This document shows positions 26,988-35,610 of a stretch of DNA of 64,000 nucleotides, piece by piece (within the stretch, counting starts at the first letter, position 1; the number at the start of each line of letters is the position of its first letter). The translations under genes and the position numbers were made by a program. The stretch is from Jiangellaceae bacterium (GTDB lineage Bacteria > Actinomycetota > Actinomycetes > Jiangellales > Jiangellaceae). Location: the NCBI GenBank assembly GCA_036377395.1, contig DASUYL010000069.1:5757-69756 (forward strand), in the 5' to 3' direction. The notes under the pieces are model-generated. The model did not search any database, was not told the origin of the DNA, and saw only the letters and a list, made by a program, of their open reading frames with translations.

Positions 26988-28223
26988 ATGCCCACGACGG
27001 CACCGTTCGTCATCGTCGGCGCCAGCCTCGCCGGCGCGAAGACCGCCGAGGCGCTGCGCGACCTGGGCCACGATGGGCGCATCGTCCTCGTCGGCGACGA
27101 GACCGAGCACCCCTATGAACGCCCGCCACTGTCGAAGGACTACCTGACCGGCAAGGCCGATCGGGACACGGTCTACGTGCACCAGCCGTCCTGGTACGAC
27201 GAGCACGACGTCGAGTTGAGGCTGGGCACCACCGTCACCGCCGTCGACCCCGGTTCGCACCGGGTCATCCTGGACGACGGCGCGTCTCTCGACTATGCGA
27301 AGCTGCTCATCGCCACCGGATCCACACCCCGTCCGCTCCAGGTTCCCGGCGCCGACCTCGACGGTGTGCTCTATCTGCGCCGGCTGGCAGACAGCGACCG
27401 GATCAGGCAGACGTTGCACGAAGGTTCCCGCATCGTGGTCGTCGGCGGCGGCTGGATCGGGCTCGAGACAGCGGCCGCCGCCAGGATGGCAGGTCTCGAC
27501 GTCAGCGTGCTGGAGAGGTCCGAGTTGCCCCTGCTGCGGGTGCTCGGCGCCGAGATGGCGCAGGTCTTCGACGATCTGCACCGCGCACACGGCGTCCACA
27601 TGTATCCGGGCGTGACCGTCGCAGAGGTCGCCGGTCGCGGCGGCGCCGCCGAGGCGGTGGTGCTGGACGACGGCACGCACCTGCCGGCCGACGCCGTCGT
27701 CGCGGGCGTCGGTATCACCCCGGTCACCGAGTTGGCCGAGGCCGCCGGGCTCGACGTGGACAACGGGATCCTCGTCGACGAGCACCTGCGGACCAGCGAC
27801 CCGGACATCTACGCGGCCGGCGACGTCGCCAACGCCTACCATCCGCGCCTCGGCCGGCGCCTTCGAGTGGAGCACTGGGCCAACGCGCTCCACCAGCCCG
27901 CCGTGGCCGCCGTCGGCATGCTCGGTGGCGAGGCCACCTACGACCGCACCCCGTACTTCTACACCGACCAGTACGACCTGGGCATGGAGTACACCGGCTA
28001 TGCCGAGCCCGGCGGCTACGACCAGGTCGTGATCCGGGGCGACGCCGGTCGGCGCGAGTTCATCGCGTTCTGGCTGCGCGACCGGCGCGTGCTGGCCGGC
28101 ATGAACGTCAACGTCTGGGACGTCATCGACCACATCGAGGCGCTGACGCGCTCCGGAGCCCAGGTCGACGTCGCACAACTCGCCGACCCCGACACACCCC
28201 TCACCGACCTCGTCGAGCGCTGA
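26988..28223 (+). CDS. FAD/NAD(P)-dependent ferredoxin (rubredoxin/putidaredoxin-type) reductase
   Basis: VIVGASLAG...ERPPLSK...VVVGGGWIGLE...AAGDVA motifs. Confidence 0.85.
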   Translation: MPTTAPFVIVGASLAGAKTAEALRDLGHDGRIVLVGDETEHPYERPPLSKDYLTGKADRDTVYVHQPSWYDEHDVELRLGTTVTAVDPGSHRVILDDGASLDYAKLLIATGSTPRPLQVPGADLDGVLYLRRLADSDRIRQTLHEGSRIVVVGGGWIGLETAAAARMAGLDVSVLERSELPLLRVLGAEMAQVFDDLHRAHGVHMYPGVTVAEVAGRGGAAEAVVLDDGTHLPADAVVAGVGITPVTELAEAAGLDVDNGILVDEHLRTSDPDIYAAGDVANAYHPRLGRRLRVEHWANALHQPAVAAVGMLGGEATYDRTPYFYTDQYDLGMEYTGYAEPGGYDQVVIRGDAGRREFIAFWLRDRRVLAGMNVNVWDVIDHIEALTRSGAQVDVAQLADPDTPLTDLVER

Positions 28224-28267
28224 CCATCCCGCCGCCACCCCCGGCGGCCGCAGGAAGAGGAGACACC

Positions 28268-28720
28268 ATGACCGGCCACACGCCACCAACGCACGCAACC
28301 AGGTCGACCTCGAGCGCTGATCCGTACCAGCAGGCCTTCGCCCTGCTCCGAACCGGGTTCACCGTGGCGCCGATCCTGTTCGGACTGGACAAGTTCTTCA
28401 ACTTGATGACCGACTGGCCGCAGTACCTCGCGCCCGTCGTGGCCGACATCACTCCGGGCACACCACAGCAGTTCATGTACGCCGTCGGCGTCGTCGAGAT
28501 CATCGCCGGGCTCGTCGTCGCCGTCCGTCCGCTCTGGGGTGGCTATCTGGTCACCGCCTGGCTCGCCGGGATCATCGCCAACCTGCTCATCCTGGGCGAC
28601 TTCTACGACATCGCGCTGCGCGACTTCGGCCTCCTGATCGGCGCCCTCGCACTCGCGCGGCTGGCCGCGGGTCAGTCGTTGGAACGCAGCGGTTCAGGGC
28701 TGCGGTCGGCACGCGACTGA
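28268..28720 (+). CDS. hypothetical membrane protein (DoxX-like topology)
   Basis: Four hydrophobic segments and coding-like bias. Confidence 0.5.
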   Translation: MTGHTPPTHATRSTSSADPYQQAFALLRTGFTVAPILFGLDKFFNLMTDWPQYLAPVVADITPGTPQQFMYAVGVVEIIAGLVVAVRPLWGGYLVTAWLAGIIANLLILGDFYDIALRDFGLLIGALALARLAAGQSLERSGSGLRSARD

Positions 28721-28745
28721 CGACCAGCCCGGCGCGCTCGCCGCA

Positions 28746-29435
28746 TCACGGCGCGCCCCCGCGACTCGCTGCCGCCTCCAGGTGGGTGACGAACCACTCA
28801 CCTGCGAGGCGGGCGACCTCATCGAGTGCGCCGGGCTCCTCGAACAGATGCGTCGCTCCCTCGACGATCACCAGGTCTCGAACGCAACGCAACTCACCCA
28901 GGGCCTCCTCGTTGAGCCGCAGGACGACATCGTCCCGGCCGCCGACGATCAGCAGTGTCGGGGCATGCACGTCCGCCAGTGCGGTGCCGGCCAGATCCGG
29001 TCGACCACCACGCGACACGACGGCCGCGACCCGGTCGCTCATCCTCGCCGCTGCCACCAGAGCCGCCGCTGCGCCGGTGCTCGCGCCGAAGTAGCCGAGT
29101 GGCAGGTGCGCAGTCGACGGCTCCTGCACCAGCCACCGCGTCGCCGCGAGCAGCCGATCGGCGAGCAGGCCGATGTCGAACCGGTGGCGTCCCGTGCGGG
29201 CGTCCACCCTCTCCTCGGCGTCGGTGAGCAGGTCGGCCAGCATGGTGGCCAGGCCGCGACCCTGCAGCTCGCCTGCGACGCTGCGGTTGCGCGGGCTGTG
29301 CCGGCTGCTGCCGCTGCCGTGGGCGAACAGCACCATGCCGCGGGCGCGCTCGGTCACGGCCAGATCGCCGTGTATCGCCTGGCCCGCAGCGACCTCGATG
29401 GTGACGGTTCGCTCGGATACAGGGTCTACAGCCAC
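28746..29435 (-). CDS. dienelactone-hydrolase-like alpha/beta hydrolase
   Basis: MVLFAHGSGSSRHSPRN, nucleophile elbow GASTG, and C-terminal ATHLFEEPG. The GTG start at 29435 overlaps the upstream stop (GTGGCTGTAG). Confidence 0.8.
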   Translation of the reverse strand: MAVDPVSERTVTIEVAAGQAIHGDLAVTERARGMVLFAHGSGSSRHSPRNRSVAGELQGRGLATMLADLLTDAEERVDARTGRHRFDIGLLADRLLAATRWLVQEPSTAHLPLGYFGASTGAAAALVAAARMSDRVAAVVSRGGRPDLAGTALADVHAPTLLIVGGRDDVVLRLNEEALGELRCVRDLVIVEGATHLFEEPGALDEVARLAGEWFVTHLEAAASRGGAP

Positions 29436-30904
29436 TCGAGGACCTTCCGGGCGAAGGCATCCTGGACCCAGAAGCTGCTGTGGTCGACGGCGGCGGCGGC
29501 AGGGAACACCAACGGATCGGCGGGTGCGAAGCCGTCGAGTCCGGCCACGCGGTGGACGCCTTCGGTCGGCACGATCAGGTCGTTCTCGGTACTGCCGAAC
29601 ACGACGTCGATGAGCGCGTCGCGCGCCGTCCGGGACAGCGGCGAGCCCTTGGTCGGCTCGAAGTTCGAGGCAACGGCACGGTAGGTGCTGGCCGTAGTGG
29701 TGGGCAGGTTGAGGTACTCGCGGAGATAGCTGCCCTTGGGATCCATGGAGGCCAGCCCGTCGAGTCCTCGGAACGCGCCCACGGCGAGTTGCTTCAGGAC
29801 GGCGAGGACGACGTCGACGGTGTCGGTGACCGGATTGTCCGGCACCAGCTGGACCAGGTTCGTCACCCGGTCGAGCAGCGTGTCCAGGTGCTCGGAGTCT
29901 GCCAGGGCGGTGCCCGCGTTCGGCGTGCCTACCATGATCAGATTGCGCACGTCGACGACTCCGCCGAGACCCAGCTCTTGGCCGTGCTCGGCCAAGACCC
30001 GCCCGACCAGACCACCGCGCGAATGGGCGATCACGTCGACGGTCATGCCGAGACCCTGCGGCAGCTGCTTCGCCAGCCACCGGACGTTCTCCGTCGGGTC
30101 CACCGAGATCGTGAAATGGTCGAAGGCGATCACCCGGCCCTCGTAGCGACGATGCAGCTCGCTGATCAGCGGCTCGGGGATCCGGCGGAAGCCGGTGTGG
30201 GCCTGGCTCATGGTCCCGTGGACGAACATCAGCACCGGCCCGGCGGCCAGGGAGGACCAGTCCGGCAGCTGGCCGCCCGCAGCCTGCCGGTACGTGGCGG
30301 GCTCGAACGGCCGCAGGCCGTTGCGCCGGTGATGCTGTTCCCAGCGCGATGCGAAGTAGTCGCCGACCTTGCCCAGCAGGGGATCCACGAGCGGGAACAC
30401 GAGCACCTTGAGCAGCTTGGAGCCCACCATGCCGAGCAGGCCCCGCTGCCCGTCTCCCGCGGAACCCTCCGCCGGCATCACCGCACGCGGTACGCGGTAG
30501 ACGCGGCTGTCACCACCGCGGGACGCCACCGACTCCGGGTCCTGGGGTACGTCCACCGGCAGGTGCCAGCTCACGGTCCCGTCCTCGGCGGTGTAGATCA
30601 GGAACTGGCCCAGGCCGGTTCCCGGTCCGGGCACCTCCGCCTCGATGTCGTTCTCACCACCCGCCGCCCGGCTGCCGGTGCCGTCGTCGCCGGTCTGCCA
30701 GACGTCGCGGATCTCGATCGTCAGCTGTTCTTCGACGCCGGCCCGTTCGAGGCAGTCGAGGAACTCCGCCGTCGCGTCCTCGGCGGCGCGCATTCCGGAG
30801 CCGCCGGCATGATGGACCTCCGCCGTTCCGGTGAGCCCCGGCGTGCGCAGCGTGACGCTGCCGATCGGGACTGCGACACCTGTGGGGTCGAGCTGCTCAG
30901 CCAC
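29426..30904 (-). CDS. protein with a roughly 215-aa N-terminal region of unknown function and a C-terminal lipase/PGAP1-like alpha/beta-hydrolase domain
   Basis: VLMFVHGTMS oxyanion-type strand and an AHSRGG nucleophile elbow (Ser codon 30020-30022). The GTG at 30904 is preceded by CAGGGGGAC and overlaps the CHAT stop (GTGGCTGA). Confidence 0.75.
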   Translation of the reverse strand: MAEQLDPTGVAVPIGSVTLRTPGLTGTAEVHHAGGSGMRAAEDATAEFLDCLERAGVEEQLTIEIRDVWQTGDDGTGSRAAGGENDIEAEVPGPGTGLGQFLIYTAEDGTVSWHLPVDVPQDPESVASRGGDSRVYRVPRAVMPAEGSAGDGQRGLLGMVGSKLLKVLVFPLVDPLLGKVGDYFASRWEQHHRRNGLRPFEPATYRQAAGGQLPDWSSLAAGPVLMFVHGTMSQAHTGFRRIPEPLISELHRRYEGRVIAFDHFTISVDPTENVRWLAKQLPQGLGMTVDVIAHSRGGLVGRVLAEHGQELGLGGVVDVRNLIMVGTPNAGTALADSEHLDTLLDRVTNLVQLVPDNPVTDTVDVVLAVLKQLAVGAFRGLDGLASMDPKGSYLREYLNLPTTTASTYRAVASNFEPTKGSPLSRTARDALIDVVFGSTENDLIVPTEGVHRVAGLDGFAPADPLVFPAAAAVDHSSFWVQDAFARKVLEWL

Positions 30905-32999
30905 GGTCGTCCCCCTGTCCTGGTATGAGCCGTAACCGCGGATGGCCGAACAGCTGGTACGCCACGAACGTGGCGCTGTCGGCCGTCCCGGCGTCGACGT
31001 TGTCGGCCGTGTATGTCGCGCGGATCCTGCGGAGCGCTTCGGCCACCGGCGGTGCGCTGTCCCCGCCGTAGACGACGGTGTAGAAGTCGTCGGCGACTCG
31101 GCTCGCAACCTCGTCCTCGACGTTCCACAACGCGGCAACGACCCCGGACGCGCCGGCCCTCAGGAAGGCGGCGGCCAGACCCGCGTAGTCGCCGAGGGCC
31201 ACCTGGCCCTGCCCGACCTGGCAGGCGTTAAGGAACAGGAACGTGGGTCGCGGCATCGTGACGGCGTCGACGTGCTGCGGCTTGAGGTACTGGGGGCCGA
31301 AGCCTCCGTTGGCCTTCGGTGCCAGCAATACGAGGCCCTGGTCGACGCCCTGCGGGTCGAACCGCCCGTGCAGGGCGACATGCAGGACGTCCGCAGCGGG
31401 CCTCCCGCCCAGACAGTCGAGGACGGCACGGAAGACGGGCTCGATGACGGCCGTCCGCGGATAACGCTTCGCGAGGTCGTCGGCCTCGGCCTCGGCGAAG
31501 GGCAGCTGCGGCCAGCCCGTGACCCCGACGTACTTCGCGGTCAGCACCGCACGGTCGACGACCTCGACGCTGCGCCGGGCGACGGGCTTCGGCCGGGAGT
31601 CGGTGAGGGGCCAGCGGCCGAGCGCCACGTGCGCGCCCAGGAACGGCGACCTGCCGCCGAACGGCGTGACCAGCGGCGGGTTGAACGACGCGAGCTCCCA
31701 CGGCACGTACGGCTCCTCGGTGAACAGCAGCACGGACGCGGCCTCGGTGAGATCGGGCTGCTCCGCAACGTGGCGGATGGCGGCCTGCATGGCCGGTGGC
31801 ACCGCGTCGCCGATCCTGCGGCCGGTTCCGACCAGGAAGGTGTACAGCGCATAGCGGTCGCTGGACGTCGCGACCTCACGTCCGATGTCGGTCGTGAAGC
31901 TCCGCGGGTCACCGAGGTTCTCGGCCCGCTCCGAGTCCGGCACTGGGACGCCAGACGCAGCGGGATAGGCGGCCCACACGTACCCGCCCGGCGCCGTCGA
32001 GTCGGCCCGGAACACGGCGAGCACGAGGTCGGGGGCATCCTCGGCGACCAGCGATGTCAGGTCCAGCAGCTCGCGCTCACGGGTCTGCGGTTTCGGCGCG
32101 CTCGCCATGTCCTCCGCAGTCCGGACCGCGACGACGACGCGCCACGCGATGGCGACGACCACGCCGTCGCGCAGGTAGTGCACGCCGATGCGCCGTTCGT
32201 CCCCGAGATCGTCGCCGTCGAGCGCGGTGAACCGCACGGTTGCCGACGGGTAGGGATCGTCGCGCGTGACCGGCAGCGAGAGCCGGGAGTCGCCGTCGAG
32301 GTGGAGAGACTGCGGGTCGTAGGTCAGCATCACCTCGACGCGCAGGTCGCCCTCGGGGAGGTCGAAGGCCCCGGTACCGACGAGCGTCCGGTCCCGGCGC
32401 GGTGCGATACCGACCGTGACGTCGAAGGGATGATCGATGACGACGACGGACGGCGCGTCGACCCGCGGGTATGCCTCACGCCTGGTGGATACCGGTGCCG
32501 ACCCCGGCGGTTCGTCCACAGCCACCTCGACTCCGAAGTCCGGCAGCTCGATGCCCTCAGGCGATTCAAGGCCCCTGGTCGGAGGTGCGGCTGAGTCGGC
32601 ATCCGAGTCCGCGCTGTCGACCGCGGCTGCCACCGGCCAGAAGCCGGCAAAGACCCGCGAGCTGGCCCGCCGCATCGCCTCCATCGCACCCACCGGGAAC
32701 GGGCCGCACGCCTCGATGTCGGCCGCGAGCGTGAACGGGTCGCCGAGGTCGATCTGGTCCCAGTTCGCCGACGTCAGCCGCTGCCAGGACCCGGCCCTGG
32801 CCAGGGCCACGGACAGCCAGAACCGGACTCGGCCCGACGGTTCCCCGTCGACGAGGCGCTGCACGTCGCCGACGTGCGGCCGCACGTCGTGACGGGCGAG
32901 TGTTCGCGCGGCGTCGAAGCGCCGACTCTCGGTGGTGTCCCGAAGGGCGGTCCAGATCGCCTCGAGCTCGCGGTCGTCGTTCAGATCGGCAGCGCTCAT
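30897..32999 (-). CDS. CHAT-domain (caspase-like) protease with a helical-repeat N-terminus and a beta-rich middle domain
   Basis: C-terminal region with LLFTEEPYVPWELA, VLHVALHG (His codon 31368-31370) and FLFLNACQVGQG (Cys codon 31221-31223), the CHAT His/Cys dyad context. Confidence 0.85.
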   Translation of the reverse strand: MSAADLNDDRELEAIWTALRDTTESRRFDAARTLARHDVRPHVGDVQRLVDGEPSGRVRFWLSVALARAGSWQRLTSANWDQIDLGDPFTLAADIEACGPFPVGAMEAMRRASSRVFAGFWPVAAAVDSADSDADSAAPPTRGLESPEGIELPDFGVEVAVDEPPGSAPVSTRREAYPRVDAPSVVVIDHPFDVTVGIAPRRDRTLVGTGAFDLPEGDLRVEVMLTYDPQSLHLDGDSRLSLPVTRDDPYPSATVRFTALDGDDLGDERRIGVHYLRDGVVVAIAWRVVVAVRTAEDMASAPKPQTRERELLDLTSLVAEDAPDLVLAVFRADSTAPGGYVWAAYPAASGVPVPDSERAENLGDPRSFTTDIGREVATSSDRYALYTFLVGTGRRIGDAVPPAMQAAIRHVAEQPDLTEAASVLLFTEEPYVPWELASFNPPLVTPFGGRSPFLGAHVALGRWPLTDSRPKPVARRSVEVVDRAVLTAKYVGVTGWPQLPFAEAEADDLAKRYPRTAVIEPVFRAVLDCLGGRPAADVLHVALHGRFDPQGVDQGLVLLAPKANGGFGPQYLKPQHVDAVTMPRPTFLFLNACQVGQGQVALGDYAGLAAAFLRAGASGVVAALWNVEDEVASRVADDFYTVVYGGDSAPPVAEALRRIRATYTADNVDAGTADSATFVAYQLFGHPRLRLIPGQGDDRG

Positions 33000-33426
33000 G
33001 TGTGTTCCTTCATCCGCTCCACCGCCGGCGCGATGCGGCCGAACGGGATCGTCGGACCCTGCTCGATGGCGACAATGTCGATGAACACGCGGGCCGGATC
33101 AACGCTGAACTGGATGGCCCGGGCGCCGAGGGGGCTCGTCCCGGTCCGACGTGCCTTGCCGTGCCGTCCAGGTCCACGTACGAAGGGAGGTACGAGCGGG
33201 CACCGGTGATACGTCCCGTCGCTTCGTCATGTGCGACGCCGGCCGGATCGTCGGTCACGTACGTGACCACCTCGACCGGGGTACGCAGCGGTGCGGTGGG
33301 GGTCCGGTCCGGCTCCGGCCGCCGCGCTGCGAGCGCGACATCGCGGATGCTCTGTGGCGCGAGGAGGTGGTCGCCGGTGATGGCGTCCACGCCATTGGCG
33401 ATGAGCAGATCGTCCGGCCCGGTCAT
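32996..33426 (-). CDS. small hypothetical ORF upstream of the CHAT gene; intact only with a frame change near 33130-33160
   Basis: The frame from ATG 33426 (MTGPDDLLIANGVDAITGDH...) has good codon bias until about 33150. A second frame (open from 33226) then takes over the bias and ends in an ATGA overlap with the CHAT start. Confidence 0.35.
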
Positions 33427-33690
33427 GCGGCTACCGTCGCTGGACCTCGCCCCGAACCGGCCCCATGCCGTCCCCCCGAAAGCCCACGCACCACTGTGCT
33501 GTGACACGGCGGCGCCGGCAGCGACGGTCGGCGTCTCCCTGCCGGTGAGCCTACTCCCGCGCACAGCCTGTGGATGGTCAGGGGCGGGCGCGCCGGCCGT
33601 CGTCAACCCGGGCCGGGTGTAGACAGTTCAGTCCCTGCTACTCGACTGTATGTGGTGACCCGAGCGTCGACGAGCCAGGGAAGGTTCACC

Positions 33691-34143
33691 ATGAGCAACA
33701 CCCATCCGGCCGCTCCGAGTAGTGACCGAGCCGCCGTCCACGCAGGAACCCTGTGGGCCGGAGGCGCGGCCACGGCACTCGTGGCCGCACTGATCGCGCT
33801 GGTCGGCATCCTGGTCGTCCGCGAACTCTTCGACACGCCCGTGGTCTACCCACCGGACGATGGTGCCCTCGGCTCGCAGACCACGGCGCTCATGGTCTAC
33901 GCCGCGCTCGCCGCACTCGCGGCGACGGCACTGGCTCACGTCCTGATGCTGACGACCCCGCGAGCGTTGTCGTTCTTCGGGTGGATCATGGGTCTGCTGA
34001 CGATCGCCGTGACGCTCACCCCTTTCATCACCGACGAGAGCACGGAGTCGAAGATCGGCAGTGCGGTCATCTACCTGGTGATCGGTATCGCCATCACGTC
34101 CCTCATCTCCGGTGTCGCGCTTACCGCCCGCCGCCGCGCCTAG
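33691..34143 (+). CDS. hypothetical four-TM membrane protein (DUF6069-like)
   Basis: ATG at 33691 and a hydrophobic segment pattern. Confidence 0.55.
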   Translation: MSNTHPAAPSSDRAAVHAGTLWAGGAATALVAALIALVGILVVRELFDTPVVYPPDDGALGSQTTALMVYAALAALAATALAHVLMLTTPRALSFFGWIMGLLTIAVTLTPFITDESTESKIGSAVIYLVIGIAITSLISGVALTARRRA

Positions 34144-35093
34144 CACTCGGCCTTTGCCATACGCACGTCAACTCGTTGCCCGGGAACGCGCTCCTGCTCG
34201 CGCGCCAGCATGGTGAGCACCCGGACGTCGGCAGCGGTCGGCCTGGCCTGATCGAGCGCACGCGGCCACAGTCCGCGGCGCAGTACCACCGCCGTCTCCG
34301 CGCTGATGACCAATGCCTGGCTGACGAGATACATGACGGCGAAGATCCCGACGACGGCGGCGAAGCTGCCGTAGACGGCACCCGCGCTCGCGGTGGACAT
34401 CGCGACCAGCGTCGAGCCGACTGAAATGATCGCGGCCGTGAGAAGCGCCCCGAGCGCTGCGGCCGGCCACGTCGCTCGAAGCGAGATTCTGCGGACTATC
34501 AGGAGCCTCGCGGCTGTGACCAGGACGACGAACAGCACGACGAACATGCCGACGAAGCTCGCGGAGCGCTCGACCAGGCTGTCGCCGGGCAATGCTGCAA
34601 CCAGCAGGCTCGTGCCGGAGCCGACCACCGCGCCGACGAGAACGACGAGCAGAACGAGCGCGTTGTAGGCGTACCGCGCCACGAAGCCACGCCGGTCGCG
34701 ATGACGGATGGCGACCAGATGGTTGAGGGTGACGTACGCCGACCCCACCACGCCGGTACCCGCATAGAGCAGACCGATGACGCCGACGACGAAAGGCCAG
34801 CCGGTGTCGGGCATCGATGCCAACCCCTCGTCCACGATGGGGTGAAACCGCTCGGGCACGATCTGGTCGATCAAGTCGTCACGTAGCGACGGATTGGCCT
34901 GCAGAATCCGCGAGGTCACGGCGACCGCCAGCAGCATCGCGGGGAAGATGCTGAGGAACCCGAAGTATGTGATGAGCGCAGCGTGTCGGACTCCGGCGTC
35001 GTCGCCGTACTTCTTGATCACCGCGTACGGAAAGCCGAGGAGGGCGTGCCGGCGCTGCAAGTCGTCGACCCGATGGGTGATCCGGCCCATCAC
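34140..35093 (-). CDS. YihY/BrkB family membrane protein
   Basis: AALITYFGFLSIFPAMLL and a six-TM layout typical of YihY. Confidence 0.85.
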   Translation of the reverse strand: MMGRITHRVDDLQRRHALLGFPYAVIKKYGDDAGVRHAALITYFGFLSIFPAMLLAVAVTSRILQANPSLRDDLIDQIVPERFHPIVDEGLASMPDTGWPFVVGVIGLLYAGTGVVGSAYVTLNHLVAIRHRDRRGFVARYAYNALVLLVVLVGAVVGSGTSLLVAALPGDSLVERSASFVGMFVVLFVVLVTAARLLIVRRISLRATWPAAALGALLTAAIISVGSTLVAMSTASAGAVYGSFAAVVGIFAVMYLVSQALVISAETAVVLRRGLWPRALDQARPTAADVRVLTMLAREQERVPGQRVDVRMAKAEC

Positions 35094-35133
35094 GCCCCCG
35101 CGGCAAGGCCACTGTCGTCCGGCGGCAGCGTTC

Positions 35134-35526
35134 TCACCAGCCGTCGTACGGCGGCTCGCGGCGCTCCACCTGGTTCCAGTAGTCGCGATGGTCGACGATC
35201 TGGCCGTTGTCGTCGAAGCGGAGCAATGTCGTGCCGGCCAGGGTCAGGCGCTGACCGTCCTCGACCCAGGTCGCCCACCACTCGATCGCCGCGCGGTCGC
35301 CGCTGGCCACCGGCGTGCCGAACCAGCACTCGACGTCGTCTTCTACTCCGAAGTTCTCCCGCAGGTAGCGGCGCACCCCGGAGACACCGAGATCCGGTTT
35401 GCGGAACGCCAGGGCGCGGTACTCGGCATCATCGGAGTAGAGCGCCGCGATGGCGTCCACGTCGTGCTCCGGCCACGCGCGAGTCCAGGTATCCGCCCAG
35501 CGACGTGCAACAGCGTCGACATCCAT
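35134..35526 (-). CDS. nuclear transport factor 2 (SnoaL-like) family protein
   Basis: 130 aa with a WADTWTRAW...YSDDAEY...IEWWATW pattern. Confidence 0.75.
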   Translation of the reverse strand: MDVDAVARRWADTWTRAWPEHDVDAIAALYSDDAEYRALAFRKPDLGVSGVRRYLRENFGVEDDVECWFGTPVASGDRAAIEWWATWVEDGQRLTLAGTTLLRFDDNGQIVDHRDYWNQVERREPPYDGW

Positions 35527-35610
35527 GGCCTGGATGCTAGATCGGCGACGGCTCGGATCCCACTCATCCGATCAGTCGCCCGTCGGGTCGACCGGGCGCC
35601 AGGATCGACC

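Noticed and set aside
32996-33606. The idea that the ORF upstream of the CHAT protease is a bacterial gasdermin
   Set aside because: Even when joined across the frame change, the product is only about 140-200 aa and shows no gasdermin-like features that I can recognise. Bacterial gasdermins are roughly 240-300 aa.
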